From: Octopus sinensis | Lineage: Eukaryota | Reading direction: 5' to 3' | Assembly: GCF_006345805.1 (NCBI RefSeq) | Contig: NC_043024.1 | Coordinates: 10,540,001 to 10,604,000 of the forward strand | DNA: 64,000 bases | Shown here: in pieces, positions 26,171 to 40,171 of the stretch | Position numbering within the stretch: position 1 is the first letter of the stretch | Layout of the letters: every line of letters starts with the position of its first letter | Translations under genes and position numbers: made by a program | Notes under the pieces: generated by a model | The model's input: only the letters and a program-made list of their open reading frames with translations | Databases searched by the model: none | What the model was told of the DNA's origin: nothing

Positions 26171-26440
26171 GTGTTAATGGTAAATACTACAAAGAACACC
26201 AAGAACTGAAGTCTTCTGAAGAATCCCAGAACGAGGAAATGCAGAAGAAAGTCTGGGATCTGAGCGCCAGGTATTGTCACTTGGAAGGTTTTGAAGCTTT
26301 GGACGCCCCAGTTCCTCCTCCACCAGAAGAACCAAAGGAGAAATCTAAGGAAAAATCCAAATCTGAAGAAGAGAAGAAGGAAGGCGGCGAGGAGAAGGCT
26401 GAGGAAGATAAGTCTGAGAAGACTGAAGAGAAGGCTAAAG
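26171..26440 (+). CDS. SDR coding exon 6
   Basis: ccattccag|GTGTT gives GKYY...SSEES...QKKVWDLS (typical end of RDH-like SDRs), then the Pro/Glu/Lys-rich tail; donor AAAG|gttggt. Confidence 0.88.
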
Positions 26441-26921
26441 GTTGGTATCTATTCAAGGGTGGTGGTCATGGGGGAATAGTTTCATGCTGTTCCTCCCTTC
26501 ATGGTTCTCTAGATGTAATCTTTAGTGTTCCAGTTTTGGCACTTTTGGAGTTTTGATTCTCAGACTTGACCCATGCAAGCACAGAAAAAGGGGACAGGAA
26601 ATGAGGAAATGATATCCCTAGGGGCAGGCGTGGGTGTGCGGTAAGAAGCTTGCTTCCCAACCACATGGTTGCTGGTTCAATCCTGCTGTGTGACACTTTA
26701 GGCAAGTGTCGCCTACTTAGCACCTGAGCTGATCAAAGCCTTTTGAATGGATTTGGTAGATGGAAACTGAAAGAAGCCTGTTATATATATATACAACACA
26801 CACACACACACACACATATATACACACACACATATACATACACACTCATATATACATATATATATATATACATACACACACAAATATATATACATACACA
26901 CTCATATATACATATATATAT

Positions 26922-26963
<42 letters not shown>

Positions 26964-27403
26964 GGCTTCTGTGCTGGTGGCACATACAAAGCACCATATG
27001 AGTGGTCGATGCCTGTGCCACCTGACTGGCTCCTGTGTCTGTGGCACATAAAACCCACCATTCGAGCATGGTCGATGTCAGTGCTGCCTGACTGGCTTCT
27101 GTGTCGGTGGCATGCAAAAACCATCCACTATACTCTCAGAGTGGTTGGTGTTAGGATAGGTGACATTGTAGGATAGGTGTGAGAGGCTGGATCTGGCTAG
27201 TTTGACCATAAAATATGTAAAATAATTTGGCCACTGGGGTCGATGTAATCGACTTAATACCTATGTCTGTCCTTGTTTGTCCCCTCTGTGTTTAGCCCCT
27301 TTTGGGTAATATAGAAATAGGTAGAATATTTGGGCCGGTTTAAATGCTAAATGGTCAAACAATTTGTAATAAATTTTGATCCCTTTTTTTTTCCCCCCTT
27401 TAG

Positions 27404-27555
27404 ATTCTGAGGAGAAAGAAGGTGATAAGGAAGCAACCGAGACCGCTCCTGCTGAGACTGAAGAGGCTCCAAAGAAGGTGGAAGAGGAAGATGACCTGAA
27501 GAAAGCTACCCCAGCAACGGAGATCACTCCGGCTGCGACCGAAGTGGCTGCTTAA
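27404..27555 (+). CDS. SDR coding exon 7 (acidic tail, stop)
   Basis: Polypyrimidine tract plus tag| acceptor. Phase-1 reading DSEEKEGDKEATETAPAETEE...EVAA-TAA continues the composition of exon 6. AATAAA signals occur downstream (near 27846 and 28592). Confidence 0.8.
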
Positions 27556-28314
27556 GGAGAGGGGCCGGAAATTGGTGAAAACTAAATGAATTAGAGAATT
27601 TGAAAAAAAAAAAAAGATAAAACAAAACGAAACAATAACAACAAAAAAACACTAAACAAAAGCCACAAAGAAAAATCTCTTATAATAATAATAATAATAA
27701 TAATACTAATAACATCTCAGCAAAATAATAATATTGGTAATAATAATAATAATAATGTTGATGGTTTTGAAATTGTATGTGACCAGTTTGTCACGGCTTC
27801 GCATCAGTGGAAGTTAGTGTGAGAAAAAGATGGAAAAAAAAATCAAATAAAGTACCAAACACACTTCAACAAAACAAAAATAATAATAATGATTAAAAAA
27901 AAAATGAACAAAACAAATACAGCAACACGAAAAACATTAAAAATTAAAAAAAAAAAAAAAGAGCCACCCCCCAAAAAAAAAAAATTTAAATGATTTCCAA
28001 TTTTTTAAAATTTTTATTTAGCTTTGTCTAAATAATAATAATAATAATGATGATAATAATAATAATAATGATAATTGCTCTTGTATATTTTAATTTTTCT
28101 TTTTTTGTTTTGTCGTTTCCCAGCCTATCTTTTGTTGGCACCGTCTCTTTTTGGTCTCTGAATCTTGCTAAAGTTTAAATGTGACACTGTGTACGTGTGT
28201 GTGATGTATATATATATATATATATATATGTACATATATATATATATATGTATATATGCATTTAGATGTGTGCGTACATATAAATATATACACACACACA
28301 CATCTATATATGCA

Positions 28315-28348
<34 letters not shown>

Positions 28349-28485
28349 GTATATATATATATGTATATATATATATATGTACATATATATATATATAATA
28401 TATATATATATATGTATATTTATATATATATGTATATATGTATATTTATATATATATGTATATATATATATGTATATATATATGT

Positions 28486-28520
<35 letters not shown>

Positions 28521-29151
28521 TGTACACACTCACACACACACACACGCCTCCCCCTTCGCCTTTTTCAAATGGTTAATTAGGAAGAAACATGAATAAATAC
28601 ATTGTGCTGCTGTTAATTGGCATTTTTATCCTTGTACTCATTTCTTCAAACCCTTACATCCTCTCTTTCTCTCTCTCCTTCTCTCCTTTCGCTCTCCTTC
28701 ATCTTCATTTCCTTCTTCTCTTCCCAGCACTGCCAGACAAATAAAAAAAACAAAAAAAGGAAAAAAAAATAAAAAAACAAACAACAAACAAACAAACAAA
28801 CATGCAAAACCAAAAAAAATTAAGCTTTCAAATAAAGTATTAATTAACGAGATATGATGTATCTGTTGCTTACTCGTTGAGCAATAATTAATTAAAAGGC
28901 TTGATTTTTTTTTTTTTTTTTTTTTTTGTAATTCTTTATTTTGAACTGCCAAATTTTTTTTATTTTGTTTTGCAGAGGGGGTCGAAGTAGAATAAAGCGA
29001 GGAGGCCCCGGTATCTCCCTATTTTTTCCTCTTCGTCCTCTTAATTAACACCTTAACGAAACAATAACAAAACATTTCTAATTGAGGCTCAAGGCCTCAA
29101 AATTTTGGAGGGAACAATTAAAAATTTACTCTAGCACTTCTATTTTATAAC

Positions 29152-29183
<32 letters not shown>

Positions 29184-29459
29184 AATAGTAATATTAATAA
29201 TAATAATAGCTGAAATATTTTATGGGGTTTGATTCTGTCTGTCTGTCTCTCGCCGTCTCAATTTTCCATAATGGCACTAACAAATTTTATTTTAATGTGG
29301 ATCAGGAAAATTTGTGTCCGTAGACAGCTTTTTTTCTTTTGCTTTTATCTTTCTTCTCAACCTCTCCCCCTCCCCTCTATTTTTATTCTCTCTTTGTCCC
29401 CTCACCCGTATTGAGTTCTTTGCATCCTTCACGTGTTCAAGCCTTACAGATGGATTATG

Positions 29460-29689
29460 TGTATACATGTGTGTATGTATATATACATACATATGTATAT
29501 ACATACATGTGTATACATATACTGTGTATATATATACATAGATACATGTGTATATATATATATATACATAGATACATGTGTATATATATATATACATAGA
29601 TACATGTGTATATATATATATATATACATAGATACATGTGTATATATATATATATATACATAGATACATGTGTATATATATATACATAG

Positions 29690-29722
<33 letters not shown>

Positions 29723-30133
29723 GATACATGTGTATATATATATACATAGATACATGTGTATATATATATATACATAGATACATGTGTATATATATATATA
29801 CATAGATACATGTGTGTATATATATATACATAGATACATGTGTGTATATATATATACATAGATACATGTGTATATATATATATATACATAGATGCATGTG
29901 TGTATATATATATACATAGATACATGTGTGTATATATATATATACATAGATACATGTGTGTATATATATATATACATAGATACATGTGTGTATATATATA
30001 TATACATAGATACATGTGTGTATATATATATATACATAGATACATGTGTGTATATATATACATAGATACATGTGTATATATACATGTGTATATATACATA
30101 CATGTGTGTATATATACATACATGTGTGTGTAG

Positions 30134-30165
<32 letters not shown>

Positions 30166-30195
30166 ATATTATATATATATATATATATAGTACAC
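29460..30195. repeat. Minisatellite (TA)n-catagatacatgtg, about 20 units
   Basis: Direct reading; explains the YI/HT ORFs at 29292-30297. Confidence 0.9.
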
Positions 30196-30667
30196 ATCCA
30201 GATGTGTGTATATTCATACGTTATGTATGTACACACAGGGACCCGAAATTTTCTAGTGTCCCCGCAAGAAAACCCAAATCTGTTTAAATGGAATTAATTC
30301 TAGGGAGCGGCAATGTCTGGTGGCGAGGAGAGAATAGGAGAAAAATAAAGAAAAAAGGAGAGAATAAATAAAAGAATACATAAAAGAAAAGAAAAAAACT
30401 TCAAAAAACCCCCTTAAAAAACAAAGCATTTATTATACACAAAAAAATCCAATATGTTTCTCTGGAGTCATTTTCCCATCTTTGTCTATTTTCTTTCATT
30501 TCTCAAGCATTAAAATTTCAAAAAAAACTAAAGAGATCTTCCTTGTATTGGTCCCCGTCCCACCCACTCTATATTCCATCAGAAGATTTAATTTAATTTT
30601 TCCAAATATATATATTTTTCTTTAATCAACCCTAACATATTTCATGCTGGACAGAGGTGTATATATA

Positions 30668-30715
<48 letters not shown>

Positions 30716-33700
30716 GGGTGTGTGAAATCTATGTCTATTTCTTTATGGTTCTATCGGGGGTCTAAAAATGAAACCTCAAAAAACTCCCTGCATTTTTCAA
30801 TTCTTGTTCTCCTTGTCTTTTTTTGTTTCCCCCCCCCACCATCTCTTGGATATTATTTTCTGTAAGAATTTAATATTTTTTCTATCTAAAAAAACCAAAA
30901 AAAAATCCCAAAAGATCAAAGTTAGTCACTAATTATTTCGTAAAGTTGAAATATAACAAACCAATTGCTCAACAACATAACCTGATCGATCGATCTATTG
31001 ATCTATCTATATATATAAACATACATACGTAAACATACATAATGGTGTATATGTATAAATATATTATATACACACAATGTTCAAAATATTGAAATTGTTG
31101 CATGCTGTGGTGTATGTCTTGTAAAAAAAATTGCCCTTGTAAAAATCGTCATTCTCTTCCTTAGGTTAGAATTTGCATTTACCGAAAGAGAAAGGAGGAA
31201 TAATAAGTAAAAACAAAAAATGAAATATAATAATTAAAAAAAAATACTAATTCTTCTTTCCTCCATTTTTAGTAAGAACCCCCACTCCCAGCCAAATTCC
31301 ATTCAAGAATGTCTCGGAAGTTCCTATATTTTTGATTTAACCTCCTTCCCCTTCTGGATTCCTCTGTATGGATGTCTGTCATAATTTCCAAACTCTTTCT
31401 CCATATATTCAATCTCGGTAATTCCACCGTTTTCTCCATTTATTTTTTTCCTGTCTTCTGAAAGAAATATTCCTAACAGGCAGCAGAAATATTTTGCCTT
31501 GCTCTCACCCTCAACCTCTTCTACATAAAAAAAACTCCCCCTCTTGTACCTTACCATTTTGTGAGCTTAAGATCCAAAGCTCCCTCACTCCTTTTTTTCT
31601 TTCCAATTCTGTTATTTCTCTGAATTCCATTTCTAGAATTCTACTGCTGTTGCTTCATTTATAAACTGGTTTTACCGGTTCCTTTACCAAAAGTGAGCAA
31701 AAGAACCCCTTTCCCTCAAAAAAAAAAAAGAGCAAAGCCTCTAACATGGCACCTGTCTGTCTCAAAGTATTTTATTTTGGCATCTATTCTTGCAAGCAAG
31801 CACCTCAACTCACCTGCTCACTCCAAAGTTAATATTTTATTATTAAGGTATATTCTTTTTTGTTTGTTTCAAATAATACATTCTTTGGAAAAAAGAATGG
31901 TAAACAAAGAAATTGGTCTGGGAATCATAATTATTGGTTTGGAGGAAGAAATCTGTCTCCCATCTCTTTGAATACACACACATACATAAGTGTGTTTGTG
32001 TATGTACATATATATAATATATATACACACACACAAGCATACGTATGTGCTTATATGTATATATATATATATATATACACACGTGTATATATATATGTAT
32101 ATATAATAATAATATTAGGGAGTAAATCCAAACTTACAGGGAAAAATTAGATTTAGGATTAAATCTAATTTTACAGTATAAATATATATAAATATATATA
32201 TATTTTAAATTAATATATATATATATATATATATATATTTATGTGTATGTTTAGATAATTCAAGAATTTAGGGTTTTGCATGCAGTTTTTGATCCATTTT
32301 ATTTTTAAGAATTTTTTTCTCTAATTTAAATATTTTTGCATCATATTCTTTTAATTCTTCCTTGTTTTGCTAACGAAAGTCGGATAAAAAATTTTTTGTT
32401 TTTTTTACATAAAACAAAAAAAAAAATCTTATCCATTTTGACCAATGTTACTAAAAAAAACCCCCCAAAAAAACGAAGGAAAAAACCTGAAATAAAATTG
32501 AGTGAAATTTTATTTTACGAAAGATTTAACTCCTCCCCCCAACTCCCACCCCACCGTCAATTCTTTTGTTCTTTCTTCAGAACTAAAATTTGTCCTTTTA
32601 CCCTGCTCCGTGAGGGTTTTGTATATTGGTGTGAATGAGTGCGTTTGCTGACAATGTCCAGTTTTTCTAACCAAATTTGTCGATTATTTATCAATTTCAT
32701 TTTTTGTCTGTTTTCTTTGTATTTCTTTGTATATCTCTTTCAAATTCCCTTGTAAACCATTTTCAAAGACTTAAGCTTGAGATACAAAAATTTTAGCCTG
32801 GCTATTATTTTTCTTCTACTTCCCCGATAAAAAAAGCAAGTGTATGCATATTTCTGACCCTTTTATCGTGAAAGGTCATCTTTACGACATTAAATACTCT
32901 ATGTACATCTGTGTATATGTGTGTATATATATGCATGTGAATATACAGGTGTGTATGTATATATATGTATATGTGTGTATTTATATATGTATATATATGT
33001 ATATGTGTGTATTTATATATATGTATTTATGTGTATGTATAGTAAATACATCAAAGTACTTGCAAGTGATCTTTCTTTCATTTAATATTACAAAGAGTAA
33101 GAGGCAAGCTCTCGGCAAGTAGTGTCTTGGGTTCAATTCCTACCAGTGGAAACCAGGTTTGCTGGTGTTTTTTTTCCGTTTTTTTTTCTTCTTTTTTTTA
33201 AAATTTAAAACAAATATTTTTTACTTGCACTGCTATTGCCTTTTTTGTGAAGGGGGCATGAACATCACAACACTTTACAAACTCCTTTTTTTTTGCTTTT
33301 CTGTATTTGAGAGCCTTGCCTTGCTGATTGGCTGTCCATCATTGGATTATAACACCTGACCCCCTTGTCCCTTTCTTGCAACTTAACCTTTGTTCAAAAC
33401 TAACAATAATAACAATATTTGTTTCATCCTCTCTCTCTCTCCCCCTCTTCCCCACCCTTCACTTTTAGCCAGGAGATAATTATTCTTATTTTGCCTTACC
33501 TTTTTTCTTTCCATAATTTTCATCTTGATTTATTATTCATCATGAAATAAAACATTTAAATATATTCAAACACAAAACCCTAACTGACATTTTTTTTTTT
33601 CCAATTTTTTTTTTCCCTCTTCCCATCATTGTGTTTTGGCAATCAATGTTATGACTGTTAAATAATTATGTCCTTTTTTTTTTTTTTCTTTGCTCAGTTG

Positions 33701-36700
33701 GCATTTACAAAATAACAAAATGGAAAAATATATTTTTATTTTTTAGGATATAAAAAAAAAAAAAAACTTTAAACTATCCTAACCTAATTCTGCTTCTTAT
33801 AATATTAGAAATGTTAGATATGATTAATAAAGTGTCTCTCTCTCTCTCTCTTTCTCTTTTTCTGACATTGTTCATTTTGTGTTTGTCGTTTTAGCAACAT
33901 CTTGTTCTTTACTACAACATCTCTTCTTTCTTTGGTTGTTCAACTCAAACTATAAACCTAAATTTAAGAAAAAAGCAAAAAAAATAAAGCCAAAAAACCC
34001 CCCAAAATCTCATACCAGTCGTTTCATATAAACTTGATTGCTAATATTTTTCCAATCAGAAAATCCGAGTTCCTACCAAAAGTGGCTGGTGAGTCTTCTC
34101 TACAATGAATGCTGTTCGGTTGGATACTTGTAATATTTTCTGGTTGAAAGATTCATTGGTAACCAAGCTAATATAAAATTGACTTTAGAGGTTTTGATTT
34201 AGATGCCATTGAAGAATATATTGTCCATTTTCCCTGTGTCAAGCAGTTTCTTCTAATTCAATTTCTGCAATGGATGTCTATATATATATTTACACACATA
34301 CATACAAACTACAGAAAAGTGTAATAATGTTTGGATTATTAACCTTAATTAGCAATGGTTTACGACACATTATTAATTAATTAACGTGTCAAGCTAGCAG
34401 AATCATAAGCAGTATTCTGTCCATCTTTATGTTCCGAGTTCAAATGCTTCTGTGGCCGTTTTCATCTTTTTATCCTTTTGGGTCAATGTAATCAACTAAT
34501 CTGTCCCCTTAATTTCAGGCCTAATCCTTATGATAGGATTATTGGGACCTTAGCTTTTACTTTCAAATTTAGTATGATGAGGGGGTGATGTTTCCAACAC
34601 ACATTTAATTTGAACTTTTTCTTCAGTGGTGGTGGGCAGGTGAATGTTTCTTGCAATGGGGCCAATAACAGCTCACCCAGACTTTCTCAAGCATATTTTT
34701 ATCTTGCATCCTATTTTGAGCTGTCCCCCCCCCCAAAAAAAATGCCCTCACCATGAGTGGCACAGTTAGTACATAGTGTATTTACTAAAGGAACTTTAAT
34801 TAAAACTCTGAGTTTTATTCTCTCAATGCTTACTTACACTCCATTCTGTAGTAACCTCTGCCACCTCCAAAATAGTGCCGCTTCCCACTAGAACAACACA
34901 TGCTTCGGACCTCGGAAAACTGAGCTAACTCTCAATCATTGTTCCTTAAAGCTAGGAAGTTGTAGAGTTTGGATTTTCTTTCATATTCGGGGATATCTTT
35001 GAGATAACTTTCTGTTCCTTCAAGAAATCTATATTTATACATTCCTTCTCTCCCTGCTGCTCTTTTTCTTCTCTCTTTCTTTCACCCGCCAATAATCAGA
35101 TCGGAAGCTATTAAAAGAAAGCACTCCATTCTCTCCTTTCTGCAGTGTTTACAACATACATATATTTATAAACTATACATGCAGTGTATATATGCACAAA
35201 CATAGATACTGGAAGTTCTTTTTATTTTTCTTTGCTGCAGAGATAAAGCTACTTGGCAAGTAAAAAGATCTGGTTTCAAATCTCAGTTGAATCCAGGTTG
35301 CAGTGTATTTTTTTAAAAACTTGCTCTGCTGTTGTCTTTGGGAAGGGGCAATGGATGAATGTCCTACAACTGCATTACATTCCTTCTCTCGTGAACTTGT
35401 GGCTTTTACCTAAAATAAATAACCAACATATATATATATAAACATTCCTACATATTCCACTGTCACATGCAATGTTAGAAGTTTAAAAAGAATCCTGTTT
35501 TCCATGCTTTCCCCCTCTTGCCTCATATCCATAAAACCTAGCTCTATGCGTGTGTGTGTGTGTTTGTGTTTTTCTGTGTGTCCCCTCAAATCCTCCACAC
35601 ATGCCATTCACAAGAACACCCTTTGTAATCTTAACAGCTTCTCAGAAATGTTCCTCCCTCCCACAGACTTATACCCCGCCCAACCTTCTAATTCTATGTG
35701 GTGCTAAGAAGTAATTTGCCTTAATCCATCTGCGATACATACATATATAATATATACATACATGTGCGTGTGTATATATTATATATACATATATATACCC
35801 CTGCTTTGTTGCTGAAGTACAACTAATAATACTAACGTGGTTCACTTATGTACTTAATTAATTTTCTGTAAGCCTTTGCATGTGTTTCGATTCCAATAAA
35901 GTATGCATGTACAAGTAACTGCCTTTCTCTCTCTGTCTGTCCGTCTGTCTCTCCTAGCTGTGTCTCTTTATCTTATTCTAATCTTATACAAGAAGCTGAT
36001 CTCTGTCTATCCATAACAGATGTGTAGAGAAAGGGAGGAATCAAAAGGAGATAATTCCTATCACAACATAATTTGAGAAGGGAAGTTGTTGAGAGAAATG
36101 CAGTGTGTGTGAAAGATATAGGTAGTGTTTTCTCCATAGTAACTAAAGTTTTGATTAAAAACAGGAATTTTATGTGCAAGTGGGTCAACACAATGCAACA
36201 CAGACTTTGGTAAAGACATGTTTATATATAGTTTAGGTTGTTTGTGTTTGTTTTCACATAGAGACAACACAAAACGGACTTTAAAAAAAATGCTTTTTCT
36301 ATAATGGCTGGATGTTGAGTGTGTATGTGAGAGTGAAAGGTAAGATTAAAATTGTTTCAAGAAAAAATAAAATCTAGTTTTGTTGAGCACATCTGTGTGA
36401 TCATTGTAGTAGGCCTCTGCTGAAGGAGGTCCATTCAGCTAAAAACCTTCAATGCGGTGCTCCAGCATGGCTGCAGTCAAATGACTGAAATAGATACAGG
36501 ATATATTTTTTTCAACTAAACCACTAAAGGCAGTGCTCCAGCGTGGGCTCAGTCCAACAACTGAAGTAAGGAAAAGATAAAATACTGGTTTGGCTGTGTG
36601 GTAAGAAGTTTGTTTCCCCAGCACATGGTTCCGGGTTCAGTTCCAGTGTGGAACATTGGGCAAATGTCTACTTTTATAGCCTTGGGCTGACCAAGGCCTT

Positions 36701-37884
36701 GCGAAGGGATTTGGTAGATGGAAACCGAAAGAAGCCCTTCATATATTTTATTTGTTTGTCATTTGACTGTTGTCATGTTGGAGCACCGCCTTTAGTCGAA
36801 CAAATAGACTTGAGGATTTATTCTTTGTAAGCCTAGTACTTATTCTGTCTCTTTTGCTGGACTGCTAAGTTATGGGGACATAAACACACCAACATTGGTT
36901 GTCAAATGGTGGGGAGACAAACACACATGCAAATACATACAAATATATATATGATGGGCTTCTTTCAGTTTCCGTCTTGGTTGGCCCGAGGCTATAGTAG
37001 AAGACACTTGCCCAAGGCGGCGCAATGCAGTGGGATTGAACCTGGAGCCATGTGGTTGGGAAGAAAGCTTACCACACAGCCATGCCTGCACCTATAATAT
37101 ATATATGTGTGTATTTGTGTTTATGTATGTGTGTCAATGCGTATTTTTATGTGCATATGTATATGGGTGTGTGTGTGTGCGCCTGTATTTGTCCACTACA
37201 GCTGGGCAACCAGTGTTGGTGTGTTTACGTCCCTGTAACTTAGTGGTTTGGCAAAAGACTCCAACAGAATTAGGACCCAGCTTTAAAAAAAAACAAAACA
37301 CTGGTCGATTTCATCAACTGAAATTTCTTCATGGCGATGCCCCAGCATGGCCGCAGTCTAATGACTGAAACAAGTGAAAGATAAGAGATGGACCTGAGGG
37401 TCAAGCAACCCTGCATCACCACCTGGCCACCCTTTGACCCCTTTCCCCCCACCTCTCATCCCCACCTTCCCTCTGTGTTTAGTACAGTCATCAGCAAAGA
37501 GGACCTTGACCCCAAGGAGGTCAAGAAGGTTGGTCACCCTTGACTCACATCCTCCACCAGTTTTTTTACTACTGGTGGTTGTGGGGGAAGGTGGTGAAAT
37601 TATTCAATGACGTCGAGGAAGAGCTTTAAAAGAGTGGTTTTGAAATTATTTTCACTAATTAATTATATAATTATATATCTTCAAACATATATACAGACAT
37701 ACATATACTTGCATACATATATAAATGCATAAATATATGCACACATTAATACATACATACATACGTTTACACATACACTCATACATACGTACATACACAC
37801 ATACATTCATACATGCATACATACATATACATACATTCATACATGCACATGCATATATACATACACACATGCATACATACATAT

Positions 37885-38160
37885 ATGACTGTCCCAATCG
37901 ATATAAACGTATCTGTCAAGACCTACCAAAAACAGAAAATATAAAGATCTGGAAATAGAAACTGGCAAAATGTGGAACCTGAAGACTAAAACAATACCTG
38001 TTGTCATAGGTGCCCTGGGAATGATAGCAAAAGGGGATGATTCCTGCCTAGCTCAGATACCAGGAAACCCCAAAATGTAAGAAATTCAAAAGATAGTGCT
38101 CATGGGAACTTCCCATATCCTATGTAAAATACTATGTACTCTCAAATTTTAAAACAAACT
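37885..38160 (+). mobile_element. R4/Dong-clade LINE 3' fragment
   Basis: MTVPIDINVSVKTYQK..YKDLEIE..KMWNLKT..IPVVIGALG; homologous to 50987-51250. Confidence 0.85.
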
Positions 38161-38702
38161 CATACATGCATACACACATACACATACAGACATGCAGTGT
38201 ATGTATCTGTGTGTGTGTGCATACATTATCTGTCTGCCTATCTTTTTTTTTTTTATTCTTTTACACATTTCATCCATTGAAGTGTGGCCATACTGGAGCA
38301 CTGTCTTGAAGCATCCAGTGAACGAAATTGATCTCAGAACCGACTTTTAAAGTCTGCTGCTTACTCTATCAATATCATCGTGCCAAACCGCTAAGTCTTG
38401 GAGGAACGGCTTAGGGAACTGCTTTGATGTTTGGTTGCAGAAAATCACGTGAGGATATGATAGGAAATTCTAAAAGCATGAATGGAATTCTCCACGATAA
38501 AAGAGTTTGTGAAGATTTGCGAACAGGGGACAAATGATATGGAGTTGGGAATGGGGAAGGACATTCAACCATCTGTGTGGTTGAGAAGCTTGCTTTGTGG
38601 CCGTGTAGTTCTATGACTGGAATACATAAAAGATATCTGACCTTGGTCATCTTTGTTTATCACCAGCAAATATAAATAGAGATAACCCCACCCTTTTTTA
38701 AA

Positions 38703-39862
38703 AACCCTTTAGCATTTAAACTAGTTGTAGTCCCAAATATTCTACTTGTTTATGTTCAAACCAGCCAGATCCAGCCTCTCACGCCTACCCTACAATGTCA
38801 TTCTAAAAATATACAGTCAGCATCGCCTTACTGGCACTTGTGCCCCGTGCTAGTAGGGTGCCAAGAGCACAATCCGCGCGTGATCGTTGTCGGAGGAGCC
38901 AACTGGCTCCGTGCCAGTGGCATGTAAAAGGGAACCATTCGAGCGTGATCGTTACCAGCGTCGCCTCACTGGCACCTGTGTCGGTGGCATGTGTAAAAAG
39001 ATTCGAGCGAGGTCATTGCCAGTATCGCCTGACTGGCCCCCATGCCGGTGGCACGTAAAAAGTACCCAATACACTCTCAGAGTGGTTGGCGTTAGGAAGG
39101 GAATCCAGCTGTAGAAACTCTGCCAGATCAAGATTGGAGCCTGGTGTGGCCGTCTGGTTCGCCAGCCCTCAGTCAAAATCGTCCAACCCATGCCAGCATG
39201 GAAAGCAGACGTTAAACAACGATGATGATGATGACATCATTGAAATATTGATGCTGTGAGATAATGCAGGAGTAATTCAAAACAATTTGAATAAATAAGG
39301 ATTATATCTGATAGAACAATCTGACTGCTAAGAGGTAAACCATCCATATCTGGCACAAATATTCTACCTGTTTTATGGTCAAATTGGCCAGATCCAACCT
39401 CTCACACCTATCCTACAATGTCATTTTGAAAATAAACAATCATATTGAAATCTCAAAGCTACAAGATAATGCAGGATTAATTCAAGACAATGTGAAGAAA
39501 TAAATATTACATTTGACGGAGTAATCTGAATGCTAGGAGACTAAACCAGCCATATTTTTGTATGGGTTTTGTGTACAAACTGGCCAGATCCAGCCTCTCA
39601 CACCTGTCCTGCAATGTCCTTGAAATAAGAATGACATTCGACAGAGTAATCTGAATGCTAAGAGGTTAAACCAGCCATATCTGGCCTAAATACTCTACCT
39701 GTTTTATGGTCAAACTGACCAGATGTGGCCTCTCACACTTACCCTGCAAAGTCATTCTAAAAACAATCACATCATTGGAATCTCAAAGTTATGAGATAAT
39801 GTGTGGTTAATTCAAAACAATGTGAATAAATAAACAATCGACAGAGACGTCTGAATGCTGAA
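38703..39862 (+). mobile_element. piggyBac-type MITE family 2 (ccctttagcatt...gaatgctaa(g)agggttaa), head-to-tail array; first unit interrupted by a (GAT)n-tailed SINE (~38825-39235)
   Basis: Repeated unit ...tattctacctgttttatg..caaactggccagatcc..cctctcacaccta...gagtaatctgaatgcta. Other copies near 1310, 10706(-), 10925, 16900, 17514 and 27170(-). Confidence 0.7.
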
Positions 39863-40075
39863 GGAAGCCTACATCAGGATGATTTAAACAGGGAACGTTT
39901 CAAAAGTCTTCAGGAGTGGCTGTGTGGTAAGTAGCTTGCTTACCAACACGGTTCCGGGTTCAGTCCCACTGCATGGCACCTTGGGCAAGTGTCTTCCATA
40001 GCATCAAGCCGACCAAAGTCTAGTGAGTGAATTTGGTGATTTGGTAGGCGGAAACTGAAAGAAGCCCGTTATATG

Positions 40076-40123
<48 letters not shown>

Positions 40124-40125
40124 TG

Positions 40126-40171
<46 letters not shown>

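Noticed and set aside
28165-30297. Many YI/HT/CV-rich ORFs (also at 26.7-27.1, 43.9-44.5, 50.0-50.7 and 58.5-59.2 kb)
   Set aside because: Artefacts of (TA)n, (CA)n and (ATAC)n repeats.
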